From: Victivallales bacterium
GTDB lineage: Bacteria; Verrucomicrobiota; Lentisphaeria; Victivallales; G963678815
Assembly (NCBI GenBank): GCA_963678815.1
Contig: OY787460.1
Location: 6,394,861 to 6,458,860, forward strand
Reading direction: 5' to 3'
DNA: 64,000 bases
Shown piece after piece: positions 27,455 through 35,622 of the stretch. The translations under genes were made by a program, and so were the position numbers. The stretch's first letter is position 1. Every line of letters begins with the position of its first letter. The notes under the pieces were generated by a model. It was given only the letters and a program-made list of their open reading frames with translations, made no database searches and was not told the origin of the DNA.

Positions 27455-28876
27455 TTATAGATTTTTCCTGCTCTTTTTTGTTTTTTCCGGACCGCCCAGA
27501 TATACTGGAAGTTTGTCGTATTCACCTTTTCTCAGATACTCGATAAAGTTATTTGCACGCAAATGAGTATGGTCGACGGAACGGAATCGCCAGAGCAGCA
27601 TTGCCTGCCTGAGCTCATTCAGAACCTGTTGGCAGTCTGGATATTCGGAAAGATTGTTCCATTCCCAGGTATCCGACGGGAGATGATACAATTCCTCGTT
27701 CCCGGTGGACGACAAAATATATTTATACTCCTTATTTCGAGCGGAAAAGAAAAACGGGCCTTGTCCATAAAATTCTTCACTGAAAGAAAATTCACGTTCC
27801 GTTTCCGCCGTTCCTGAAGCCAGCGGGATCAAACTTTCCCCTTGGAGTCCGGCCGGTTTCTCCAAACCGGCAAGTTCCGCCAAGGTCGGAAAAACATCAA
27901 TCGATTCTACCAGGCTTTCCACTTCGCGCAGTTGAAATTTTGCCGGACAATTCACGATCAGCGGCACATGGATCAGCGCTTCATCAAGGGACATTCCCTT
28001 GCCGACACAATTGTGGTTGCCCATGAAATCTCCGTGATCGGAAAGGAAGATAATAATGGTGTTGTCACGTTGTCCTGATTCGTCCAGGGCCGCCAGCAGT
28101 TTGCCCACGTTGCGGTCCATCAGCGTCACCATGGAATAGTACATGCTGAGCGCGAATTTTAAAGTCTCGTCACTCTTCGCAAGTCTTCCGCGCGCCTGCA
28201 TGTAGAGTTTGCGTTCGAAAGGTTTGGAGTCAAGCGAATTTTCCGGGGCTTTCGGCAACTCGATTTCCGCCGGGTCATAAAGCTTGGATTCGTCCCGGGG
28301 ATATGTTACCGGGCCGTGCGGGGCCTCAAAGCTCATCATCAACAGGAACGGATTTTCCTCCTGTTCACGTTTTCGGATGTAGTTTCCGCCGAGATTACCC
28401 AACACGTTCGTAGCCCAATCTTTAGAGGGAATGTCGGAGTACCCGTGACAGAGGTCTTTCAGCGGCGGCTGTTCCGGATATCTTACTGAAATATTCCGGG
28501 ATTCCAGATAATGATTGTAATCCGGGTAGAGGTCGAAAATTTCATCCCAGTCATCCCGGTTTACCGAGTGGGTTTTGCCGAAATATGCCCGGTGGTAGCC
28601 ATGTCCGCCCAGAAAACGCGCAAAAGTCAACTGATCTTCCGGATAGTACCCGGTGCTGTTGTCGAGCACTCCATGACCGCTGACATATTTTCCGGTATGA
28701 AGCGACATCCGTGAGGGCATGCAAACCGGATTCTGTGACGTACAGTTGTTGAACTTTATCCCGGTTTCCGCAAGTTTATCGATGTTCGGGGTTTTAACTG
28801 TCGGGTTGCCGTAACAGCCCACGGCCCGCGCGCCCAGCGTATCCGGATATATTATCAGAAAATTCGGTCTGATCAT
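27455..28876 (-). CDS. Sulfatase (Cys-type), no signal peptide
   Basis: MIRPNFLIIYPDT...NPVCMPSRMSLHTGKY...LSDHGD. I prefer the ATG at 28876, which forms an ATGA overlap with the lyase stop and has GGAAGG upstream. Confidence 0.9.
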   Translation of the reverse strand: MIRPNFLIIYPDTLGARAVGCYGNPTVKTPNIDKLAETGIKFNNCTSQNPVCMPSRMSLHTGKYVSGHGVLDNSTGYYPEDQLTFARFLGGHGYHRAYFGKTHSVNRDDWDEIFDLYPDYNHYLESRNISVRYPEQPPLKDLCHGYSDIPSKDWATNVLGNLGGNYIRKREQEENPFLLMMSFEAPHGPVTYPRDESKLYDPAEIELPKAPENSLDSKPFERKLYMQARGRLAKSDETLKFALSMYYSMVTLMDRNVGKLLAALDESGQRDNTIIIFLSDHGDFMGNHNCVGKGMSLDEALIHVPLIVNCPAKFQLREVESLVESIDVFPTLAELAGLEKPAGLQGESLIPLASGTAETEREFSFSEEFYGQGPFFFSARNKEYKYILSSTGNEELYHLPSDTWEWNNLSEYPDCQQVLNELRQAMLLWRFRSVDHTHLRANNFIEYLRKGEYDKLPVYLGGPEKTKKSRKNL

Positions 28877-30720
28877 ATTAAATTTACCTTCCATGATTTT
28901 TCACAATATTCAATAATATACTCATTTTGAGATTTTTTGAATACCGGCAGTTTTTCCACTTTTTCATTTACCGGAAAGATCAAAGTATCGATGACGCATG
29001 GCCCGGTTTGCCACGCAGCCAGCTCATACGCCGGAACCTTTCGGGAATATTCCGGACAATGCCATCCCCGGATCGGATCATCAGAACCTTTAAACAAACT
29101 GTAATCACAATTTTGCCCCGCCAGCGTCATTATGATCAGATTGGCGTCGGGATTCCTGGTTACCGCGCAATTATTTTCCGGCAGCAGTTCTACGTCATTT
29201 TCCGGGGCAAAGTGCCAAAGTTGCTCAATGGGAACAGCCTCGTCACTTTCTATTATATCACGGACAATCCAGAAATTCGGTTTATTAAAATAGATAACCC
29301 GGCGATGCTCCATTTTTACAGACTTTTCCCCGTCAGAATAACCGGCATTGAAGATTCCCTTGGCAATATCATGATCAGTTGCAATTTCCATGCCGCCTTC
29401 CGCATCGGCAATCACCTGGGTATACCCGGCGGGAAACACCGTATTGCAGGAAGCGGAAGATTTGAAGTATCCGGCTTGGCGCATCCATCCCAAATTCTTG
29501 TCACTGGTGGTGTAACGCCAGCGACCGCCATTAACAAGGAACTTGCGGCCATACGCGGAAACCTCAACCGACAACTGGTCACCAATGCAATGTCTGCCTT
29601 TCTTACCCACATCGAAGCTCATATACAAGGCTTTTTCCGACCAGTCTGACCTCATGACGGCAAATCCGGCGTCTGGATAAAAATAAGAGGCCCCGGATGG
29701 TTCATTCCCATCCGCGCCCCGGCTCAACACGTATTGAATTTCGCTATCTTCAAATGCGCCGAGAATACGCTCTAACTGCCTTTTTCGGATGGTCCCCGAA
29801 TTGGATTCATTTGTAACCGGAACCGAAAAATCCGGTTTTAGCTGGTATAGTTCAGCTTTGCAGATATTCCTAAGCCAATCAGGAAAACCGGCAGGAAAAA
29901 TATCGCCCATTCCATTCATTTCAGCAACACAATACAGATTAAAATAACCCCGCACCATAACCCAGCGGTAACCCCCTGAGTTTTCCCGGCTATAGCCATC
30001 GGGATAAAACTCACGATCACGTGCCGACATCAAAAACCGCACACCTTCTTCCAGCCATTCTTTAGCATCGGAAAACTCCCGGAAAACAATGCCGCAAACC
30101 GCCAAAAACGAAGTTTCCATTATTGAATGGTTGCCTATAAGCCAGTAACTTTGATGCAAATGTTGAGCCTGCTGATGAATCGAATTCAGGATTTTCGTAA
30201 ATACTTCCGGAGTCATCGACGGACTTTTAATCAGATGCTTCAACGCCAGCGGCCAGGTTTCGCCAATCCTAAAACCGGTTTCCAGGACCCGCCAGTTACT
30301 TCTCTTGACCTTAAGGTAACGTTCACCCCACATTTCCCGGAAATCCGCTTCAGGCAGATCAGGTTTTGGAACGCGGTCAATCCAGTCCGTCATCTGGAAA
30401 ATCGCGGCTTCAGCAAACTTTTCATCACCTGTATCACGGTATTTCCAGGCAAGTTGCTCCAAGTGATGATGATGGGCCAGTGTGCAAGTCCATTCCAGAT
30501 CTCCTTCAGGGGCGCAAGTCCAGTCTGGAGAAGCGCAAAACTCCATACAATGTTCTCCAAGGCAAAAAATATTTCGCGCATATTTTTCCGACAGGCCGGC
30601 ACGTTTCTGTTGCATCACCGGCCCCAACTCTTCGGCAATCTCGTCCGGAATCCGGCTGTCAAGTTCATGCCGGTAAAACTCCAAGGTTTCCGTGGCGTCG
30701 GTAAAAGGTAAATTGTTCAT
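28873..30720 (-). CDS. Heparinase II/III-family (alginate-lyase-fold) polysaccharide/oligosaccharide lyase, cytoplasmic
   Basis: N-terminal toroid: DLEWTCTLAHHHHLEQLAWKYRDTGDEKFAEAAIFQMTDWI. Also WLIGNHSIMETSFLAVCG (N-H catalytic-type motif) and a C-terminal beta-sandwich. No signal peptide. Confidence 0.75.
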   Translation of the reverse strand: MNNLPFTDATETLEFYRHELDSRIPDEIAEELGPVMQQKRAGLSEKYARNIFCLGEHCMEFCASPDWTCAPEGDLEWTCTLAHHHHLEQLAWKYRDTGDEKFAEAAIFQMTDWIDRVPKPDLPEADFREMWGERYLKVKRSNWRVLETGFRIGETWPLALKHLIKSPSMTPEVFTKILNSIHQQAQHLHQSYWLIGNHSIMETSFLAVCGIVFREFSDAKEWLEEGVRFLMSARDREFYPDGYSRENSGGYRWVMVRGYFNLYCVAEMNGMGDIFPAGFPDWLRNICKAELYQLKPDFSVPVTNESNSGTIRKRQLERILGAFEDSEIQYVLSRGADGNEPSGASYFYPDAGFAVMRSDWSEKALYMSFDVGKKGRHCIGDQLSVEVSAYGRKFLVNGGRWRYTTSDKNLGWMRQAGYFKSSASCNTVFPAGYTQVIADAEGGMEIATDHDIAKGIFNAGYSDGEKSVKMEHRRVIYFNKPNFWIVRDIIESDEAVPIEQLWHFAPENDVELLPENNCAVTRNPDANLIIMTLAGQNCDYSLFKGSDDPIRGWHCPEYSRKVPAYELAAWQTGPCVIDTLIFPVNEKVEKLPVFKKSQNEYIIEYCEKSWKVNLI

Positions 30721-30754
30721 GGAATTTTCAGTCCTTTTTTAGCTTTTAATATTG

Positions 30755-30783
30755 ACAATAGTATTTTTTCATGAAAATGTAAA
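30755..30783 (-). promoter_or_regulatory. Candidate promoter of the lyase-sulfatase-PHP operon
   Basis: Minus strand reads TTTACA (30783-30778), 17 nt, TATTGT (30760-30755). It directly abuts the ATGGCATAAT repeats. Confidence 0.4.
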
Positions 30784-30813
30784 TGGCATAATTAATAATT
30801 AATATGGCATAAT
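30783..30813. promoter_or_regulatory. Two 10-bp direct repeats ATGGCATAAT spaced 21 bp (AraC-type half-site arrangement)
   Basis: Exact copies at 30783-30792 and 30804-30813, between the divergent AraC gene (ATG at 30816) and the lyase operon promoter. Confidence 0.45.
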
Positions 30814-30815
30814 CA

Positions 30816-31622
30816 ATGATAAACAAACAAATGCATAACATTGACAGCCAAGGAGTGATTTGTCATTTTAAATTACATCAGCGGCGAAAATCAAAATCAA
30901 AAAAAACAACGGTTGCACATGTTCACGGAAGCTGGCAACTAGAATTGATTCTTGATGGAATCCAAAAAGCGGAAATCAACAACTGCGTCTATGAGCTGTC
31001 CGCGGGAACAGTAGTTCTAATTCCGCCCCAAATTCCACATGGCTTTACTTACGCCACTCCTACCTCCTGGCTTTCAATTAAATTCAATGCAACGGGCAAC
31101 GTTCCTCATCAGGTTGAAATCCAAGGCATAAATCAGAACCCGGTTTTAAAATCGCTGCTCGACACCTTGGATGCGGCCCTTCCCGACTTCAATCCCGGAG
31201 CGAAAACCGTGGCAATCGTGAACCATCTGCTGGCCGCTTTGATGACTCATTTTTATTTTAGCGGGGCTCCGACTCAACAGATCAGTTCGCAACTTGACAA
31301 AATTTCGCTCATCGTCAGTCAACGCCGCGGAAAGCCTGTAACTGTAGCGGAAATCGCAAAATCCCTTGGATACTCCACCTCACATCTTTCCGCCTGGTAC
31401 CGGCGTCATACCGGCATCCCGATCAAACAATTTATCGACCATGAACGAATGAATTTCGCCCGGGAATTGCTGCTTTACTCAGATTTGAATATCGGTGAAA
31501 TCGCGGATCAGCTCGAGTTTCCCGACCTTTTTGCCTTTTCCCGGTTCTTCCACCGTCACCAGCAACAAGGCCCCCTGAAATACCGTCAAGAGCACACCTT
31601 TCAAAAAATTAAGGGTTCCTAG
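30816..31622 (+). CDS. AraC family transcriptional regulator (cupin sensor + HTH)
   Basis: Cupin region: YELSAGTVVLIPPQIPHGF. C-terminal region: VAEIAKSLGYSTSHLSAWYRRHTGIPIKQFIDHERMNFARELLLYSDLNIGEIADQLEFPDLFAFSRFF. Confidence 0.9.
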   Translation: MINKQMHNIDSQGVICHFKLHQRRKSKSKKTTVAHVHGSWQLELILDGIQKAEINNCVYELSAGTVVLIPPQIPHGFTYATPTSWLSIKFNATGNVPHQVEIQGINQNPVLKSLLDTLDAALPDFNPGAKTVAIVNHLLAALMTHFYFSGAPTQQISSQLDKISLIVSQRRGKPVTVAEIAKSLGYSTSHLSAWYRRHTGIPIKQFIDHERMNFARELLLYSDLNIGEIADQLEFPDLFAFSRFFHRHQQQGPLKYRQEHTFQKIKGS

Positions 31623-31634
31623 TATTTAGATAAA

Positions 31635-31753
31635 GGACACCTCTAATAATTGCAGTTTCGGCTCCGGACGGTTTTTTTTATTCCTGCTTTGTCGCGAAAA
31701 GAATGAAAAATTTTTCCGTCCTCGCTATGAAAGTCAATTTCTAGAAATACCCT
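31635..31753. repeat. Intergenic repeat element, copy A (inverted-repeat bounded)
   Basis: Shares the blocks CTCTAATAAT-GCA-TTTCGGCTCCGG-C-GTT, CCTGCTTTGTCGCG and GAAAGTCAATTT-TAGA with 39212-39348. The ends are mutually complementary (TCTAATAATTG / CAATTTCTAGA, 9 of 11). Confidence 0.6.
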
Positions 31754-31759
31754 ACATTG

Positions 31760-32569
31760 TTAAATATTGTTACATAAGTAAGCCCCATCTATTGGCATTG
31801 TCGCGCCGCTGACAAAACTTGCGCCATCAGCACATAAAAATATGGCTGGAGCACAAAGTTCCCCGGGATTGCCAAAACGATTGAACGGAGTATGGGCCAA
31901 AATATTTTTTCCTCTCTCTGTAAGAGTCCCGTCTTCATTTTTAAGCAGCCGCTTGTTTTGTTTGCCGATAAAAAATCCGGGAGCTATTGCGTTTACGCGT
32001 ATTCCGTAATCCGCCAACTCCCTGGCTTGGGCCATCGTTTGATTTACTACCGCGGCTTTTGCCGCGGAATATGCCCAGCCCCCGGATAGAGGATTGTATG
32101 AAGCCATGGAAGCAATGTTAAGTATGGTTCCCTGGATATCGTTTTTTATCCAATAAGCGGCAATTCTTTTAGTTGGCATAAAACATCCCGCAAGCAAATT
32201 AAGCTTGACGATTTCTTCAAATTCTTCGACGTCAGCGTCCACCAATGGACACCTGACACTGCTGCCGCCAACACCATTTACCAATATGTCCAACTTGCCC
32301 ATGCATGATATTGTTTTTTCCAATGCCAGGTCTATCTGACTTTCATAAAGCAAATTTGCTTCGACCGGGTAAATGTTTGATACATCGCATCCTTTTCTAC
32401 ATAAATCTTTTTGCTTATCGGTGAGGGTTTTAATGTTCCTTCCCCATAAAGCGACCTTTGCTCCCGCTTTCAGGAAACCTTCGGCGATAGCGCCGCAAAG
32501 AGTTCCGCCCCCACCCGTTATGACGGCATTTTTTCCTTTGAGTGAAAAATGTTTTTCAATATACGGCAT
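31760..32569 (-). CDS. Short-chain dehydrogenase/reductase (KduD/gluconate-5-dehydrogenase-like)
   Basis: KNAVITGGGGTLCGAIAEGF cofactor loop, catalytic YSAAKAAV, and IRVNAIAPGFF. Confidence 0.9.
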   Translation of the reverse strand: MPYIEKHFSLKGKNAVITGGGGTLCGAIAEGFLKAGAKVALWGRNIKTLTDKQKDLCRKGCDVSNIYPVEANLLYESQIDLALEKTISCMGKLDILVNGVGGSSVRCPLVDADVEEFEEIVKLNLLAGCFMPTKRIAAYWIKNDIQGTILNIASMASYNPLSGGWAYSAAKAAVVNQTMAQARELADYGIRVNAIAPGFFIGKQNKRLLKNEDGTLTERGKNILAHTPFNRFGNPGELCAPAIFLCADGASFVSGATMPIDGAYLCNNI

Positions 32570-32571
32570 AA

Positions 32572-33666
32572 TTATTTTTCCTTCAGGTTGGGTAAATTGA
32601 ATTCATTGGCTATCGTTTTCAGATTCGCATAAGTTGTTTTTGAAACAGGAATACCGTTTTTTCCCGCCTGCTCTTTAAATTCAAATTCTTTCTGTCCGGC
32701 AAACCAAACTTGTCCGCAACCTTCCGCCACGGGGGTTTTCCTTAACCGTTGCAGCATTTCATCCATATCATTTCTGAAATTCTCCGGGTTTCTGAACCGG
32801 TCAATTTTCACGGCGCCGAAAAAATGGCTGACCCTGGCAGACGAATTCGCCGTATCACATATATCTGAACCAAAAGGGGCGCCGCACAATACCGCGCAGA
32901 GAATATCAACCATGACGGCCAATCCGTAACCTTTGTAACCGCCGTATCTTTCCCCCTCCCCTCCCAATGGAAGAATGCCACCTCCATATCGGTGAAACAT
33001 ATCACTCAGGATTCCGGTCGCGTCTTTCGCGGATTTGCCCGTTTTGTCAACGGCCCAATTAAGCGGCAATTCCTTTTTTTCCCGTTCGTAAACTTCTATT
33101 TTCCCTCGCGATACAACTGTTGTCGACATATCCAGGACAAAAGCTTTTTCATGATTTGCCGGCGCGCAGAAAGCCAACGGATTAGTGCCGAACATAACTT
33201 GTCTCCCAAAAGTCGGCACTCCTAAAGCCGCCGTGTTTGTCATTGCAATTCCCAGCATATCATGATTGAGCGGCATCATTGCGTAATATCCCGCAATGCC
33301 AAAATGATTCGAATTTTTCACACATCCGAATGCGGCCCCGCTTTTTTCAGCCTTCTTTATCACTTCCCGCATGGTTTTAATGCTTACCGGAGCGCCCATT
33401 CCGCCATTTGCATCAACAACAATTGATGAATCAGTATCCTTCAAAACAAAACTTTTGGCGTCAGCCAGCATTTGCCCGGTCTGCAAGCCGTTGATATAGC
33501 GCTTCAAACGGCCTACTCCATGTGATGCAATCCCCCGGATGTCCGCTTCAACCAGAACCTCCGCGGCATGCCCTGCGTCAGCACTTGATAATTTCATTTT
33601 CCGGAAAGCTCTTTCGCAAAATTCTTTTAACTCTCCGCAATTGATATAAACACAATTATTTTTCAT
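32572..33666 (-). CDS. Ldh_2 family (malate/L-lactate/sulfolactate/diketogulonate-type) dehydrogenase
   Basis: EADIRGIASHGVGRLKRYINGLQTG and SNHFGIAGYYA are characteristic of the Ldh_2 family. Substrate cannot be assigned from sequence. Confidence 0.8.
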   Translation of the reverse strand: MKNNCVYINCGELKEFCERAFRKMKLSSADAGHAAEVLVEADIRGIASHGVGRLKRYINGLQTGQMLADAKSFVLKDTDSSIVVDANGGMGAPVSIKTMREVIKKAEKSGAAFGCVKNSNHFGIAGYYAMMPLNHDMLGIAMTNTAALGVPTFGRQVMFGTNPLAFCAPANHEKAFVLDMSTTVVSRGKIEVYEREKKELPLNWAVDKTGKSAKDATGILSDMFHRYGGGILPLGGEGERYGGYKGYGLAVMVDILCAVLCGAPFGSDICDTANSSARVSHFFGAVKIDRFRNPENFRNDMDEMLQRLRKTPVAEGCGQVWFAGQKEFEFKEQAGKNGIPVSKTTYANLKTIANEFNLPNLKEK

Positions 33667-33804
33667 TTTTATCGCCGAATTTAATAATTTTAAGCTCAGA
33701 CCGTTTTAGCCTGAACGAATTTTAAAAAAATATGGTATGCCTTGTGCCAAGACCAATAACCGCAATTTCACTTTGTCCCTTTAATTACCACGTCTTGTGG
33801 TTAT

Positions 33805-33847
33805 ATGGTTTAACCATTACCATACGCGCTGTTTTCAGAATTGTCAA
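33805..33847 (-). promoter_or_regulatory. Promoter-operator cassette 3 (same design as 21289-21444) upstream of the Ldh_2-SDR pair
   Basis: Minus strand reads TATTGACAATT (-35 = 33847-33842), 17 nt, TATGGT (33824-33819), then AATGGTTAAACCAT (33805-33817). Confidence 0.55.
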
Positions 33848-33884
33848 TAACCTTTTCACTTTTTAAACGGCATGTCCAGCTGCG

Positions 33885-35321
33885 TTATCTTCCGGTAATC
33901 TCGGAGTTGAGCTTTTCATCGAAATTACGTTTGCCTGGAATGACCCCGAGTTTTTGTGCAAGTTCATCGCAACTTTTTTTCCAGTTAATAATTTCTTGTT
34001 TCAGTAGCCGAGCTTCTTGTGGCAGTTCCGAATTACCGTCAATCAGATTGTGTAATTCATTGGGATCATTTTCCAGGTCATAGGCTTCGTCGCCGTAATC
34101 AGGATCAATAATATATGAATATTGCTTTGACCTTGCGGCCATAACCAGTCCAGGATGACGGCCGGAATACGGCAGTCCCCAGGGCATCGTGGTTTTCAAG
34201 TGTCCGTGATATTCCCCCACTGCGCTGAACACCGTCTCGCGGAGCGGTTCGCGGCAACCTTTTTCGAGCCATGCTTTCAGGTCGTGTCCCTGCGCCTGCT
34301 CTGGAATTTCGCAACCGCCAATCCCGAGGATGGTTGAAAACAAATCAGTCAACTCCACCAGCTCGCCAGTTCTGAATCCCGCCAGTTTTGCCTGCTTTGG
34401 AGCCCGGATCACCAGCGGCACGTGAGTCAGGCATTCGTAAAGGGTTTCGCATTTGGTAAAAAATCCTTTTTCACCGGTGAAATCGCCGTGATCTGAAGTC
34501 AAAATGATCCAGGAATTTTCAGCCAGCCCTTTTTTGTCGAGATAATCAAGGAACCTGCCGATTTCATGATCGACATACGAAATCAGGCCGTAATATGCCG
34601 CAACCAGCTTTTTGATGTCATCAACATCAGCGTCAGCGGTTTTGTAATCTTCGAGCATCTGTTTATGCCATGCAGGAGCTTGCCCCGGTTCAGCTCTGGG
34701 TGGTAACGGAATGTCGTTAAAATCCACGGTATTGCCGAAATCGCTTGGCGCAAAATAAGGTGGATGCGGTTCGATGTAGGCCAGATGGACAAACAAAGGT
34801 TCATCATCCGCCGCGTTTTTTTCGATCAGGTCGATGGCGGTGTCCGTCAGGAGAGCAGCGTGTGCCTTTTCTCCCGCAATGTCCTGAGTGCCTGATGACC
34901 AACCGCATACCCGCGAACCGTGCTTATACAGCTCCTGCACGGCATGTTTTAGTTCGGGAGTTTCCATCATATCAACATGTTCATCCCAACCCTTGGTCAG
35001 GTTGCGCTCTGACTCGTAATGTCCGGCGGCAAAACAACGGTAACCCATTTCTCTCAGATATTCCGGAAGCTGCTTCAAATTGCCGGGGGCGTGGTTCTGG
35101 TGGCAAAACACCTGATGTACCGGCGGGTAAGTCCCGGTCATCAGCGTCACCCGGCTCGGGGTGCAGATCGGACTTGCCGAATAAGCGTTATCGAACACCG
35201 CGCCCTGTGCCGCCACCCGTTCCCAAGTGGGGGTTTGCACCTGTTTGTTGCCGTAAATGCTGGTTGCGGAAGCCTTTTGCTGATCGGTCATGATCAGAAA
35301 AATATTTGGTTTTTCAGGCAT
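33885..35321 (-). CDS. Sulfatase (Cys-type), no signal peptide
   Basis: MPEKPNIFLIMTDQQ...SPICTPSRVTLMTGTYP...TSDHGD. The ATG at 35321 has GGAGGTGAA upstream. The 32-codon extension in the track (to 35417) would contain the promoter. Confidence 0.9.
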   Translation of the reverse strand: MPEKPNIFLIMTDQQKASATSIYGNKQVQTPTWERVAAQGAVFDNAYSASPICTPSRVTLMTGTYPPVHQVFCHQNHAPGNLKQLPEYLREMGYRCFAAGHYESERNLTKGWDEHVDMMETPELKHAVQELYKHGSRVCGWSSGTQDIAGEKAHAALLTDTAIDLIEKNAADDEPLFVHLAYIEPHPPYFAPSDFGNTVDFNDIPLPPRAEPGQAPAWHKQMLEDYKTADADVDDIKKLVAAYYGLISYVDHEIGRFLDYLDKKGLAENSWIILTSDHGDFTGEKGFFTKCETLYECLTHVPLVIRAPKQAKLAGFRTGELVELTDLFSTILGIGGCEIPEQAQGHDLKAWLEKGCREPLRETVFSAVGEYHGHLKTTMPWGLPYSGRHPGLVMAARSKQYSYIIDPDYGDEAYDLENDPNELHNLIDGNSELPQEARLLKQEIINWKKSCDELAQKLGVIPGKRNFDEKLNSEITGR

Positions 35322-35367
35322 GATATTATATTCACCTCCAACGTTTCTGCATATAAATTTCAGATGT

Positions 35368-35396
35368 ATAATAATAATGTAAAAACACAATGTCAA
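35368..35396 (-). promoter_or_regulatory. Promoter of the 33885-35321 sulfatase
   Basis: Minus strand reads TTGACA (35396-35391), 17 nt, TATTAT (35373-35368). Confidence 0.5.
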
Positions 35397-35444
35397 AGTT
35401 CCTGGCACAGAAATCAATCAACTTTTCAATTCGGCATTTATTCC

Positions 35445-35472
35445 CATAATTTTATATGTCATAATTTTATAT
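35445..35472. repeat. Direct repeat CATAATTTTATAT x2 (15-bp period) between divergent promoters
   Basis: Exact 13-nt copies at 35445-35457 and 35460-35472. Confidence 0.5.
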
Positions 35473-35496
35473 TTACATATATTCATACTTCAATAG

Positions 35497-35525
35497 TTGA
35501 TTATAATATATTAGTTTAATATAAA
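35497..35525 (+). promoter_or_regulatory. Candidate promoter of the URO-D-like gene at 35623
   Basis: TTGATT (35497-35502), 17 nt, TATAAA (35520-35525). Confidence 0.35.
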
Positions 35526-35622
35526 TGCTGCAATATGCATGTCTTGAAAATAAGCGGATGGGGTTTTTCTAATATTACATGATCTGAAGAAAATTAATAA
35601 ACCTTAAACATTAAAGGATATT

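Noticed and set aside
31655-31680. The T8 run after TTTCGGCTCCGGACGG as an intrinsic terminator for the AraC gene
   Set aside because: The preceding sequence does not form a clean GC-rich hairpin. The T-run is also missing in the second copy of the repeat (39236-39260), so it is not a conserved terminator feature.
35322-35417. 32-codon N-terminal extension of the sulfatase (track start 35417), and the similar extensions at 24233-24283, 15448-15504, 19873-19893 and 28877-28894
   Set aside because: Internal ATGs have strong Shine-Dalgarno sites or ATGA coupling and start exactly at the conserved family N-terminus. The 35417 extension would also contain the TTGACA-17-TATTAT promoter.
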